A DNA stretch of 61,556 nt, the filler included, from Hausera hauseri (taxonomy: Eukaryota), in NCBI GenBank assembly GCA_046269625.1. It is 10 parts of 10 records of this genome, joined end to end, with 100 filler letters (N's around TTAATTAATTAA, not from the genome) between each part and the next. Parts side by side here need not be neighbours in the genome. Positions count along the whole stretch, not along the records: positions 22,175 to 27,583 come from JBJURY010260621.1; positions 27,684 to 31,734 come from JBJURY010793090.1; positions 31,835 to 37,376 come from JBJURY010233296.1; 7 more parts are not named here. The stretch is one strand, 5' to 3'. The position numbers and the translations under genes were made by a program. Of the stretch, positions 22,860 through 34,336 are shown piece by piece (positions within the stretch are counted from its first letter, which is position 1; each line of letters starts with the position of its first letter). The notes beneath the pieces were generated by a model. It was not told the DNA's origin and ran no database searches. It saw only the letters and a list, made by a program, of their open reading frames with translations.

Positions 22860-25412
22860 AATAGTACACAATGACAAATATCACCCATCGCGTATCCGTT
22901 TCACTGACGAGCATAAAATCGAATCGTCCGTTTCTTCTGTTGGAAATAGATATTCATGGAAACACAGATGTTTGTACAGTTGAGCAGCCGGTACCATAGG
23001 TTTCATCTATCCATCGCCGCAATGTTGACAAATGGTATGGCCATTTCGGTCAATAGGTTTCTTTAATACATCCGATAGTGTACCTGGGACAGCTCTAGAC
23101 TCGTAGTTGCAGTCGTGTTTATTACACACAGATGAATTGTAATACGTCCGAATTAGCCGCCTTTGATCAATTGTTATCTTGTTCATTATGATAATTTCCT
23201 TCAACTGTAACTTTATTGCAAATGGTATTTGAACACTTATGATGTAGGTATCTAACCACAGGATTCGTCAATTAGAAGGGTTCTTTACAATCCGGACAAC
23301 GTATTTCCAGTTGTTCGCAAACAACGAATTTGTTTACACAAGATACAACACTAGAGTCGATTCCATCATCTTCATTCTGTATATATTTGACGAATTCTCT
23401 CGTATCCAGATCCAAACTCTCTGCAACAGTGAACGGACTCATTCCGTCGACGAATTCAATCCGATTACTAACGACGGAGTGAAGTTGGCGTATCAAATGA
23501 TATTGAATGTCCACCTTATCTTTAAATTCATTGGGAATATACCCGGGTTTGCTGTGTGGATTTGTTGAGCAGTCACTGCAGATTATGTCTTTCACAATGT
23601 TATTAGATATATAATTTCGCAGACCCCGTATTGTTAATCCTTAGTTACTTGAACGTGCAGTAAACTTGATGCATCTGGGTATTCCTCGCGAATGACTTAA
23701 TGACTTTGTAATAATGTAATTATCCAATTTAAGTTTGTTGTTCGTCATATCTGCAGCAACTGATTTCAGACAAAAAGTGTGTATTATCTAAATCATCTAG
23801 ATTCCTCTCACTTTCCAGAAGCATCGAGACAACTTGTCTGCCAACCTCAATGGCCAATTTGCACCAGTCTCTTAGAACAATATCAAGACCTTTTATTTCT
23901 TGTTTTGTTATCAATATATCCGACAAGGGATATTTTTTAATCACATCCGATGCTGCGTATTTCTTTTTCTTAACTAAAAGAAGCTTCTGGAAATGTTCTT
24001 TCAATTCTAATATTTTCTGAACATTTATCTTTTCCTGTACCTTTAAATCAAGAATTCTACAATAAGATGCATTTGACAGATTTCGACGAATGGACAGATT
24101 TTCATCATATAACCGTCTTTTATACGTCTTGTCTTCGAGGAAATCTGAAAAGTAACAGCTGAGCAAAGTGATAAAATCTTTTGGAACACTGTTTGTTAGA
24201 TTTCTAACTTCGATAAAATTGAAAAATTCAACTTTACTTTGTAACAGCTTAAAATCAGTACACTGACCACTTGGTGATTTTGAAATAAACTACGACCATC
24301 GATTTGGTGTTTTACTCAACCCGTCATTCAAAAAATCAATATTTTACTTCATTACAGAGAATAAAATTGTTCAACTTTATTAGTGTTAGCCAAGTAAAAT
24401 CATCAATGGCCAGAAAATATTTGGAGTATTTATTGAACATCTCAACGTAATAGTCGGAAAAGAAAAACATTAGTTCGCACGACAAAAAATGTTCGTAAAA
24501 CGAATATTTCTGGTACAAATCCATTTTGCCGAACGTAAATCCAAATGTCGATTCAAATAAAATCATAGCACAATTGAAATAATCCAAATGAAAAGTGATT
24601 AATCGGGAATTTGATGAGATCAATTCGTAAGCATTCAAGAGAATGGTTAGGACGTGAGGTTCGAGATTATAAAAACTCCCGTTATATCGTAGTCGTTTCC
24701 AGGACTTTTTATGTTCTATATCAAAGTACCCGAGATCATTGATGAAACTCCTGGAATCGGAAAATAACATTTTATATCGTTTGGTTATACCAATATAGGT
24801 GATTTTAAGAATTCCCTGTTGGGTGATTCTTATGTTCGACGGATTGAGGTCTTTGTGAATGATTCCAGTATTATGTAAACTTGACACTCCATTAATCAAC
24901 TACAAACTTTCATGTTTTACTTCATAACCAAGTATTTTACTATGCAGTAAGTTCATTACAAATTCAAGACTCAAACTCGGATTATACTGGAAAACGTACC
25001 AAACTGATTGACTTTCAGCATTTTCCATGAGGAGTAATCGTTGGATCACTTTTTCCACATGATTTCCTTTCAAGTTAAGCAGTCTATCTGAGTCGCGAAT
25101 GAATAGCTTCGTTCGTTTTGTGGAATACGAATCAAAAATATGTTTAAGAATAACCTTTTCGTGAGATAATTTTTTAACGGCGAAAAAACAAAAGCCCATA
25201 TTGTTGAGATAGATTTGTCGTAAATGACTAAATTCGGTAAAGTTCGCCTTATTTTCTTTGAAATTCTTTATTGAATCTAGTATACCGTATTTTAGCAATG
25301 TCACCAAATTTCCTATGTGTTTGTAAAATACTTCTTCCATAGTTTTAAAATGGATCTTCTGACACCATTGTTGGTTTTGGCTTAAATCCGTAATTTTACT
25401 TAATTCCGTCAT
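22860..25412 (-). pseudogene. Intronless, disrupted kinase-like gene followed by a Cys-rich (zinc-finger-like) region
   Basis: ORFs 24900..25412 and 24336..24899 are in frame across one TAG (ESL*LINGVSSLHNTGIIHKDLNPSNI...LKITYIG; DFG absent). Downstream fragments carry CSDC, CPDC and CQHC; joining them to the kinase is inferred. Confidence 0.6.
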
Positions 25413-25494
25413 TTAAAAACAATAAAGGAATAGCAAACACAAATTATAATTTTTTCAATTAAAAAAAAACTCAATAAAACATATTTACAGATCA

Positions 25495-25790
25495 TTAGCA
25501 TAACTTAATATAATTGTCAATTGATGTTTTGTTGTAGCAGTTCAACAGGAAGATTGTTAGCTTTTTGAAAACGTTAATGTACGTTCGACTACCCAACAAC
25601 GTGTGAACTTCGTCTGGGTAAACCATGACATCGAAGTCGTAATCGCTGTCAACAAGAGTTCGAATTAATTGTGCGCTGTTTAGGAAATGTACACTGTCGT
25701 CTTTAGTTCCATGAATAAGAATATATTTTTGTTAAGGAAAATGACAACCAGTCGTGAGATATCAGTTTGAGACTATAGGTCGAATATTCG
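25495..25790 (-). pseudogene. C-terminal fragment of a DPP4-like S9B peptidase
   Basis: KYILIHGTKDDSVHFLNSAQLIRTLVDSDYDFDVMVYPDEVH...FLLNCY...* contains the catalytic Asp (HGT.DD.VHF) and His (Y.DE.H) motifs; frameshift just upstream; not in the ORF track. Confidence 0.85.
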
Positions 25791-26442
25791 ATGATTATTT
25801 TTATTTTGGCACAACAACAAGAAAACACTTGATCAAAACTTTTTGTTGACATATTAATTAACTTGCCTTTGAACTTTGTTTCAATTATCGATTGTTGTTA
25901 TATTGCTACAAAATTGTGTATCGAATCACCCACTGCTAATTTAATCTAGCGTTGATTTTATGGTGTCCTCATATTTAGTAATTAAAACATGACACTGACA
26001 AATGTTTCTTGATCACTCAGATATTTATTTGATCGGATTTATTTGACCTTCGTCTTCCACTGATTAGTGAATATTAACGATACCGTTCTAGAATAATAAT
26101 TGGTGTGTTGTATAGTCTGGATTGAGGGTATCCAATATTTTGATGTTGCGTTCGGATACAAGGAAATCGTTCCGTTGGAAATTGAGTCATTTTGTCAAAT
26201 CTCAATTAGAGATCTATAAATCTGGATTATTGCGGTCCTGATGAGATATTCCAGCACGATGAGATAAAAGCCGCAAAAGCGTGTCAATTTATCGGCAATT
26301 GCAAAACAAATAACAACAAATGAGAAAACGAAACAGAGTATTTAAAAATCCGTGTTGGGCACAATATTACCGCCCACCTCGTGGCAAAGCAACGACTAAA
26401 GAGGTAATAAATGGGGTGATGTGTAGAAACGGTGTAGGTTGT

Positions 26443-27583
26443 CTAAGTGGTCTTTGTATGAATAAGACGTTGTACCATGCAGTGTTAATCTCCTTACTGT
26501 ACGTACTAAATATGACTGATTTGCTCATTGTCAATGTCTTTGAGTCTGGTTGCGGAGAAGATTGAGGTAAACCAATTTCGGATTTCGGCGTTGAAGGTGT
26601 TTTGTGGTTCAGTGACGAAAAAGAAACTGGAGGAGAAGATGTAGGAGAAAAGGAAGGAAAGTTGGAAGGTTAGTAGAAGGGGAGTTTGGAGTAGGGTCCG
26701 ATAAAGGAGTTGGTAAAGGGATCGGAATAGAAAGGGATGTAGGGGGTGTAGGAACTGAAAAGGTACAAGGCGGAGGAGTAAAGAAAGGGGTAGAAGATTA
26801 AATTTGGGGGGGGGGGGTCGTCTACGAAAAATGCAAGCTTGACGTTGTTGATATGCGCCGCTAGTTCCTTACCGTCTTTGGAAATAATGGCATTGTGAGA
26901 GTGAAATTGAACGAGTTTATAAGGCCCAAAATACCGTGGCTCAAAACAGCACGGTGTCTGGTTTTTCAGCCAGACAAACTTTGCAGAATATAAATTGTCG
27001 GGTAGATACGTTTTATTGTTATGTATTATTCTGAAGGATGAATCTTTTCTGACTGAAACAAAATGATTCTGTACCATTCGGATAGCCTCCTCTGTAGGTG
27101 TATCTTTTAAGGCAGTTAACTCAAATAATGAACGTACAAGTATTCCGAAGAGGGCTTCCGTAGGTGAACAACCTGTAGAAGTAGAAGGAGTGTTTCGCCA
27201 ACCCAGTAGAACTAACAGAAGAGTAGTCCAACTGCTATTGGATTCAGCGAGGATTCTCAGTGACGTTTTTAGTGTTCCCTGAAATTTCTCAAGAAGACCA
27301 TTCAATTGGGGGTTATACGAAGATGTGTGTATATGGCTGATTCCTAATCGGTTAACGAGAGATTGAAACAAATTGGACTCAAACTGAGTACCTTGGTCTG
27401 TAATAATAAATCTAGTGGATCCAAATCTGCTAATCCAAGTTCGTATGAAAAAGTCGGCTATTGTGTCTGTGTTAGTGCTCCGTAGTGGGACAGCTTCTGG
27501 TCAACGTGAGGAACGATCCATCATGGTCAAAATGAACTGATGACCGTTGTCAGGAGGAAGAGGGCCAACGAGATCAACATGAA
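26443..27583 (-). mobile_element. Ty3/Gypsy integrase of the same family, with GPY and P/S-rich tail
   Basis: VDLVGPL...DRSSR*PEAVPL...ITDQGTQFES, LNGLLEKF, YFGPYKL, terminal KSVIFSTYS...GVQRLIHTKTT*. Confidence 0.92.
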
Positions 27584-27900
27584 NNNNNNNNNNNNNNNNN
27601 NNNNNNNNNNNNNNNNNNNNNNNNNNNTTAATTAATTAANNNNNNNNNNNNNNNNNNNNNNNNNNNNNNNNNNNNNNNNNNNNCGGTTAAAATGTCATTG
27701 TCCAATCTGTGAATTTCACTTTCGGTATACTATTCCATTTGATTTAGAGTAGTAGTAGTAATGTTGATAAACGTTTATAGCCCATTTTGACGACGTCTGA
27801 GACTGCAGTAAGGGGAATAAGTTATGGTGTCTTGTAATTAAATTTATTTATTTATAATTAATACATTTTTATTTATTTTTAGTTTAACATTTACTTTAAT

Positions 27901-28443
27901 TTGTTTATCATTCAGAAATGTTCGCAATATCCCATGTATTGCATCTCCCGCATACACGAGGGTGGTCAATGCAACAAGGAAATGGCCAAATATTATTCAG
28001 TGGCCAAGAACACGTACCTGTGTCCCGTGTGTTTTATTCAAAACACATGCCCGTACGCCGACTTTTATGAGATGCGCAAGCATCATCTCGGCCCGTTCAC
28101 GCGGTCCAAGATGATGGTTCTGCATTGCCCCACATACCCGCGATACTGTAGTAGTAGTAGAGTGCATGACGTTGATGGTTGCCATAGTGTAATGGAGCAG
28201 TACTATAGCGCCACAACGGTGCACGGTAAACGGGCCTACGTTTGTCCCAGTTGTTCTATAGTTGATGAAATCAACTATGAACAATTCTACAACGTTCAGA
28301 AGGACTACTTGAACCCGTTTCAGAGGTCCAAAAAGGAAATATTAATGGACGCAGCAAGAAGCAGCAGCAGGAAACGTCAAGCATCATCAATCCTTGACGA
28401 ATACTTTCAAAACAACAGAAGTCAGAAGCAGCAGCAGCAGTAG
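27901..28443 (+). CDS. Cys/His-rich protein with a tandemly duplicated putative zinc-binding domain, immediately upstream of pPolB
   Basis: Two ~65-aa copies of C..YP.YC...H...C...M..YYS...Y.CP.C......Y..FY...K..L.PF.RSK; possible ttcag acceptor at 27911-27915. Confidence 0.6.
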   Translation: MFIIQKCSQYPMYCISRIHEGGQCNKEMAKYYSVAKNTYLCPVCFIQNTCPYADFYEMRKHHLGPFTRSKMMVLHCPTYPRYCSSSRVHDVDGCHSVMEQYYSATTVHGKRAYVCPSCSIVDEINYEQFYNVQKDYLNPFQRSKKEILMDAARSSSRKRQASSILDEYFQNNRSQKQQQQ

Positions 28444-31400
28444 GAACTGTCAAGTACGACCTGAACAGATTGTACGTGGACATGAAGGTGGACATGTCGG
28501 CGAAAACAGCAACTGAATTGAAGGATGTACTCGCTAATGTGCGTAACAGGTTGGAATCAGCGGTGGCCAAATTCAAACAACACCACTACAAAGTGAAATA
28601 TTATGCACTTGCAGAATTTGAAAATCTGCAGTGACAGGAAACAATGGTACCCGTCACATCGAGCCGTACCATATTCTGAGGATTTTATTGCTGATGTAGG
28701 CGAAAAGATTGACGAAAAAATCGCCAACTACACCGAAAAGGGCAGTGGTTGGCGAATTGTAAAGATTGTGACTCTCGACTTTATTCTGACCAAGACGAGT
28801 GACATGATTTACCTGTCCGGATGTTCATTCATACCGACGAATACAGCTTTATTTACAGCATTTTGGTCATATTGAAATATGATTGTGTCCATACATCATG
28901 CAAATTGTCCAAAGCAGTACAATAAGTATTTCTCAGAATTGGACTACGACGAGTGTTGGATGCCGATGAAACTCAAAACCATTCCGGCTTTTGAACGGCA
29001 TAATTCTTACACTGGCAATCAACGTGTTCCGGTTCAACACAATCGTAGAGATACGGGTGGATGAGGAAATTTACAAGAATCTTTACGTGGACATAATTTA
29101 CCGCAGTCGAAATCCAATTGGACGCCCGGTAAATTTGTTGCTGTTGGAGAATAAAAAGTTTCATTACACGGCCGTGACCAATTTGGACAGATTGTTGAAC
29201 ATCGAGCATGACCAGTTCATCAAAAAGCGTATACGGTGCAAATGGTGTCTTGTGTTGCTGCATGGATTCCGGTTAAATGAAACATGGGAAAAGCATGTGG
29301 CGTTGTGCAGACAAACTTTGTCAGGAACCACAATGTATGTATTGCCAGTCAAAAAGGAGTTGCGATTCAGTGACTGGTCCAAAACGGACAGTCCTGCATG
29401 TGTTGTATACCGATATCGAAACAATTCTACCACAACACAATGTATACGATCAAAAGCACGTTCCAATTGCCGTCGGTATGTTGCTTGCACAAATAAAAAC
29501 CGCAGGACGACCGCAGTATTACGTTTTCCATGGTTGGAACTGTGTACGTGATTTCCTGCAGCAGTTAGAAACCATAGTGGAAACGGAAATCGCGCCATGG
29601 TATTGCAACAATTGCAATAAGCCATTGATTTGGGCAGCCGATGAATGTTATGTGCCACAAAATAATACTGTTATGCACAGGAATGGCTCGTACCGGATCC
29701 CGACTATTTCACCGGTCGATACTTGGGAGCAGCATGCAATTCATGCAAATTAGCAAGGCGAGTGCGACCATTCCTGCCGGTGATCTTTCATAACTTCCGA
29801 GGTTGACTGTCACCATATTCTCAAAAGGGTCATTAACGGCTTTCCGCACTTGGAACTCCATAATTCCGACTACGATGGAGAAATACCTGTTACTCTCTGC
29901 TCGTATTAACCGGTTCCAGGTACGCTTCCTTGATTCATTGAAATTTCTCAATGAATCTCTGGCAAAGCTGGTAAATGCCTTGCTACATGTGCCGCTAACA
30001 TTGACTCAGTTCCCCACATGTTGCACAGCAAAGACATTCTCGTATGGATTTGTGATATCGTACGGGTGGCTCTAGACGACATACGAATTACCACCTCAAT
30101 GGTCTGGTATCACAGAAGAAGAGTATCACAAAGCACAATCGTTTTGGACAGAGTTCGGCTGCAGAAACCTGTTGGAGTACATGTATCAGTATCTGAAATT
30201 GGACGTGTACCTGTTAGCCGATATGCTTCAGACATTTCGAGCTAAAGCGTTGGCAGAAGATAGGCTGGATCTACTCAACTTTTATTGCAAGACCCAGAAA
30301 TGTTACGAATGTTTGATGTTGGTATTTGCGGCGGCATGACATTTGTCACCAAGCATCAGGTCAGTGCTACCGATACCACATCACTGCTGTATATTGTTAT
30401 TAATAACCTGTACGGCTGAGCGCTTTCGCAACCCTTGCCGTATGGTTCATTTGAATGGGTAGCCGACAAACAAGATCCGCACAACATAATGGTCAACCTA
30501 CCACGAGCAGACATGGCAGGCTCAGCCGAATACCTGATGGAGGTCGATCTCGTGGTACCAGATGAGCTACATGACGTTTTGGACGATTTACTAGTTGCAC
30601 CATTTAACCAATGTCCGCCAGGCTCAAAAGTGAAGAAACTCCTCATGACGCATGAACCGAAGCTGAATTACGTGGTCCATTGGCGTCTGCTACAGTTTTA
30701 CATGCAGCTTGATGTACACGTCACAGCTGCATCGTGCAATCCGATTTTCTCAGGCTCCCATATTCAAGGCGTACATAGATGGAAATTCGGAGAAACGAGC
30801 CACAGCCTGTACAAAGTTCGAAAAGGACTACTACAAGCTGAACAACAATTCCCTGCACGGAAAAACAGTGGTGAATCTTAAAAATCGTCCCAATGCGCGC
30901 CAATATAACTCGAATTAGCGTTTGGTTACGTATACCAGCAAAGCACAGTTTCGGCGGTCAATGCACATTGCCGATAGATTGGTTGCCGTTTTTTTAAATG
31001 GGGAAGAAGTCGTTCTGGACTGGTCTAGTTACATCGGACAAGTGATCTTGGACCTGAGCAAGTTGCGGATGTATGAACTGCAGTATCGCGATTTGTCACG
31101 TTATCGTCAAATGTTCGGCGACGGTGACGGATGCAGGATCAATATAATTGCCGGCGACAGGTAGTTTTTTATTGGAACTGGAAAACGTCAATCGCGAACA
31201 ACTACTGCAGTAAATGATGACAGACGGATTACTGGACACGTCAAATTACCCACAGAATCATCCATTGTACAGCAACGCCATCACAAACAAAATCGGCTAT
31301 TTCAAGGTTGAAAGTGAAGGTCGGGTTCAGTATCGGGAATGGATATTTCTACGGCCAAATGACGGTGGACCAAAAATGCGCGCCAAAGGAGTTCAGTTGG

Positions 31401-31594
31401 CCCAGACGGAAATAAACCACGGTGATTATCGCCGTGTCTATGAAGAAAAGGACAATCGAAGACTGTTTTGTCTCAAACGATCATTCGATCAATTGAGCAC
31501 CAGCTATATACAGTTGCTTTATTATGCAATGATGATAAGTGAAAGTGGGTGTGGCGAAATGAGTTGGACGTACGGACATTGGCGTTTGAGATAA
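28440..31594 (+). mobile_element. Decayed protein-primed family B DNA polymerase of Polinton/Maverick type with an EndoVII-like insertion
   Basis: GSGWRI, HYTAVTNLDRLL, YTDIET, DPDYFTGRYLGAACNSC, FHNFRG, RFLDSLKF, YLKLDVYLLAD, GICGG, NNLYG*AL, YKLNNNSLHGK, YIGQVILDLSK and KIGYFK in order, with many frameshifts. Confidence 0.9.
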
Positions 31595-31834
31595 CACACA
31601 TTTAGTGTTCACAAACAGTTCAGTGCAAACATGCAATTCAGTCCAGTTATATCATTTACATTTGTGATCTTTATTTTACATTCATCTGCTGTACATGTTT
31701 TGTTATATATGATCAATAATGTATTTGTACACTANNNNNNNNNNNNNNNNNNNNNNNNNNNNNNNNNNNNNNNNNNNNTTAATTAATTAANNNNNNNNNN
31801 NNNNNNNNNNNNNNNNNNNNNNNNNNNNNNNNNN

Positions 31835-32914
31835 GGTTCTGAAGACGAGCTGCGGTCCATCTGCTCCTCCAACTTCAAGCATAGGCATAGTGTGGACCTG
31901 TAATTTAGGAAGAGCATAATTGTCATCATTTTGTAATGTGTCATCTGACTCTTCATCCTCAGAGGTGTATGTTGCGCTTGTTCCTGGTGTAACTGTTGCT
32001 TCTTGTGTGTTGGCCAACAGTCTTTTAGCCTTTTTCAGTTCAGCTTTTGTTTGTGCAGGTTTTTTCTTCATTTGTTCTTTCTCAAGGGCCGTCTGTGTCC
32101 GTGTTTTCCTAGCAATCAGAGGACTTGTTGTGTCTGGGCTTGTTGATGTGACTTGCATTACCTGAGAGTCAGGTGTCCCTGATAAACCTTGATGAGGATC
32201 TGGTCCTGCTGCACCTGCACCGTGAAGAGGTTGATCCAGTTGTAGGTTTACTGGAGCAGGAGCTGCACGTTGTCCCACATAATCATCATCAGTTGACAGA
32301 GCCCAAACAGGTTTCAGTCCAGAAAGCTTCTCTTTTGTTATATGGTTGTATGGAGGCGGCTGCAGCTGCTGCAGCTCCGTGAGTGAGGGGTAGAGGGAGG
32401 TGGAGGGAGTGGTTGGATGAGGTCCTTGGCTCTCCGGTGTACGTGCAGAGACAAGAGAAAAGGCAGAAAAAGATTTGTTACATCTGTGTTTTTTTGTCAG
32501 ATTTTTCAGGTGTTTCTTTAGTTTGCTCTGTTTGTTTTTCAGTTTGCATTTTTTTTTCTGAAGCTCCACCACTTTCTGGGTCATCTGTATAACTTTTGAG
32601 TCTGCTTTATTTGCTGCTTTTTGTGATTCATTTTTCCACATTCTGAAAGCTTCCTCGTGATCGTGCATTGTTACAAGCTGTCGTTGTGAGATTCTTTTCT
32701 GAGCCATCATTTTTTGTTTCTGTTTTAATAAATTTTCCTCAAGGTGTGTAATATGATCCGGTTCTAAAGAACCGTGTGCTGGAAATCCGAATTTATAATG
32801 CCATTGGTTCACAAACCTCACACAAAATTCACCATGTAATCTTCTCATTTTATCTGCAATAAGACCGTACGGTATATATTCTGGTTCTAATTCAGAGCTG
32901 TTTTTCGTTCCCAT
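31835..32914 (-). CDS. gag: Retroviral Gag N-terminal part (matrix, late domains, start of capsid), epsilon-like fish ERV type
   Basis: MG start (myristoylation), W...GFP..GS matrix motif, LYPSL and PPPY late domains, MPMLEVGGADGPQLVFR capsid start; open to the contig end. Confidence 0.75.
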
Positions 32915-32920
32915 TTTTCT

Positions 32921-32972
<52 letters not shown>

Positions 32973-33038
32973 CGGCAACTTCAAACTCTAGCTATTTGAA
33001 TCGGTAGAAAGTTGAAGCTGTTTGCCGCGGTCTTTTTA

Positions 33039-34334
33039 TTATATTGTCCCTATTTTTCTAATGTTGATATGAGTTTTTCTAGGAGTAGTATCCCTGTGTA
33101 AATCGTGTCTTTTTGAACAATGGCTTGTAAGATATCTACACACTTTATTAGGTAGTCTTTTTGTACGAAATTGCTCATTTTCCATTTTAAAACTGATCGC
33201 GTGTGGAGCATAATCATAACGTAATTCTGTCGGCGACACTCTGCGGAAAAAGGGATTTGCTAATCGTCTTCTGCGTGAACTGACTGAGCTACTTCGACTT
33301 GAAGAACTACTTCCAGAACTACTTTCAGAACTACTTCCAGAGCTAGAGGGGCTTGGGCTTCCTGAGCGGCGGCTTCGGTTTGCAGAGCCTGAAGGGTTTC
33401 CGGAGCGGCGGCTTCGGTTTGCAGAGCCAGAACGGTTTGGGTTTCCTGAGCGGCGGCTTCGGTTTGCAGAGCCAGAACGGTTTAGGCTTCGGTTTGCAGA
33501 GCCTGGAGGGTTTCCGGAGCGGCTTCGGTTTGCAGAGCCAGAACGGTTTGGGCCTCCTGAGCGGCGACTTCGGTTTGCAGAGCCAGAACGGTTTAGGCTT
33601 CGGTTTGCAGAGCCAGAACGGTTTGGGCCTCCTGAGCGGCGGCCTCGGTTTGCAGAGCCAGAACGGTTTAGGCTTCGATTTGCAGAACCTGAAGGGCCTC
33701 CAGAGCGGTTTACAGCGGGGCTGGGAGAGCGGCTTCGGCTTGCAGCGTCAGAGGGTTTTGCAGCAGAGCGGTTTACCGCGGGGCTGGGAGAGCGGCTTCG
33801 GTTTGCAGCGCCAGAGCGGTTTACCGCGGGGCTGGGAGAGCGGCTTCGACATGCAGCACCAGAGCGGTTTACAGCACCCGAGCGGTTTACAGCGGGGCTG
33901 GGAGAGCGGCTTCGGCTTGCAGCGGGGCTGGGAGAGCGTTTTGCAGCACCCGAGCGGTTTACAGCGGGGCTGGGAGAGCGGCTTCGGCTTGCAGCACCCG
34001 AGCGGTTTAGGGCAGGGCTTGCTGGCCTAGGTATATTCACTAGAGATGCACTTTTTTTAACACTTTTTTGAATTCCCTTCAATCTGCTTTTGGAGGGTTT
34101 GATTTTACCTTTCGGACTCCGCAAAACTGTACGATTTCTGAGCCGGATGACCGATGGACTCTTTTGGGGTTGGGAGATCCGGCCTGGCGATCCAGTCTTT
34201 TGTGGTCCAAAGATCCAACTTTGGGAGATGTCAGGGAGAGATTTGGATTTTCCTTGGATTACCGTGGAACTGAGGTCAGGCATCCACCCTCGGTCTGCGC
34301 TCGCAAAACTCGCGTCCGAGCCCGAGCTACTCAT
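33039..34334 (-). CDS. Basic Ser/Arg-rich repeat protein (putative viral nucleic-acid-condensing protein)
   Basis: Repeats RSRSPSPAVNRSGAA and GSANRSRRSG.PNRS; likely ATG at 34334, 2 nt after the upstream stop; AATAAA overlaps the stop. Confidence 0.7.
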   Translation of the reverse strand: MSSSGSDASFASADRGWMPDLSSTVIQGKSKSLPDISQSWIFGPQKTGSPGRISQPQKSPSVIRLRNRTVLRSPKGKIKPSKSRLKGIQKSVKKSASLVNIPRPASPALNRSGAASRSRSPSPAVNRSGAAKRSPSPAASRSRSPSPAVNRSGAVNRSGAACRSRSPSPAVNRSGAANRSRSPSPAVNRSAAKPSDAASRSRSPSPAVNRSGGPSGSANRSLNRSGSANRGRRSGGPNRSGSANRSLNRSGSANRSRRSGGPNRSGSANRSRSGNPPGSANRSLNRSGSANRSRRSGNPNRSGSANRSRRSGNPSGSANRSRRSGSPSPSSSGSSSESSSGSSSSSRSSSVSSRRRRLANPFFRRVSPTELRYDYAPHAISFKMENEQFRTKRLPNKVCRYLTSHCSKRHDLHRDTTPRKTHINIRKIGTI

Positions 34335-34336
34335 CT

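Noticed and set aside
15660-31594. Stop-codon reassignment to explain in-frame TAA/TAG/TGA
   Set aside because: All three stop types occur together with frameshifts, and intact host genes end in normal stops; pseudogenisation explains it.
33353-34030. 225-aa GFGLQ-repeat ORF, or a CRISPR-like array
   Set aside because: It is the antisense reading of the SR repeat. Units are multiples of three with no unique spacers and no cas genes nearby.
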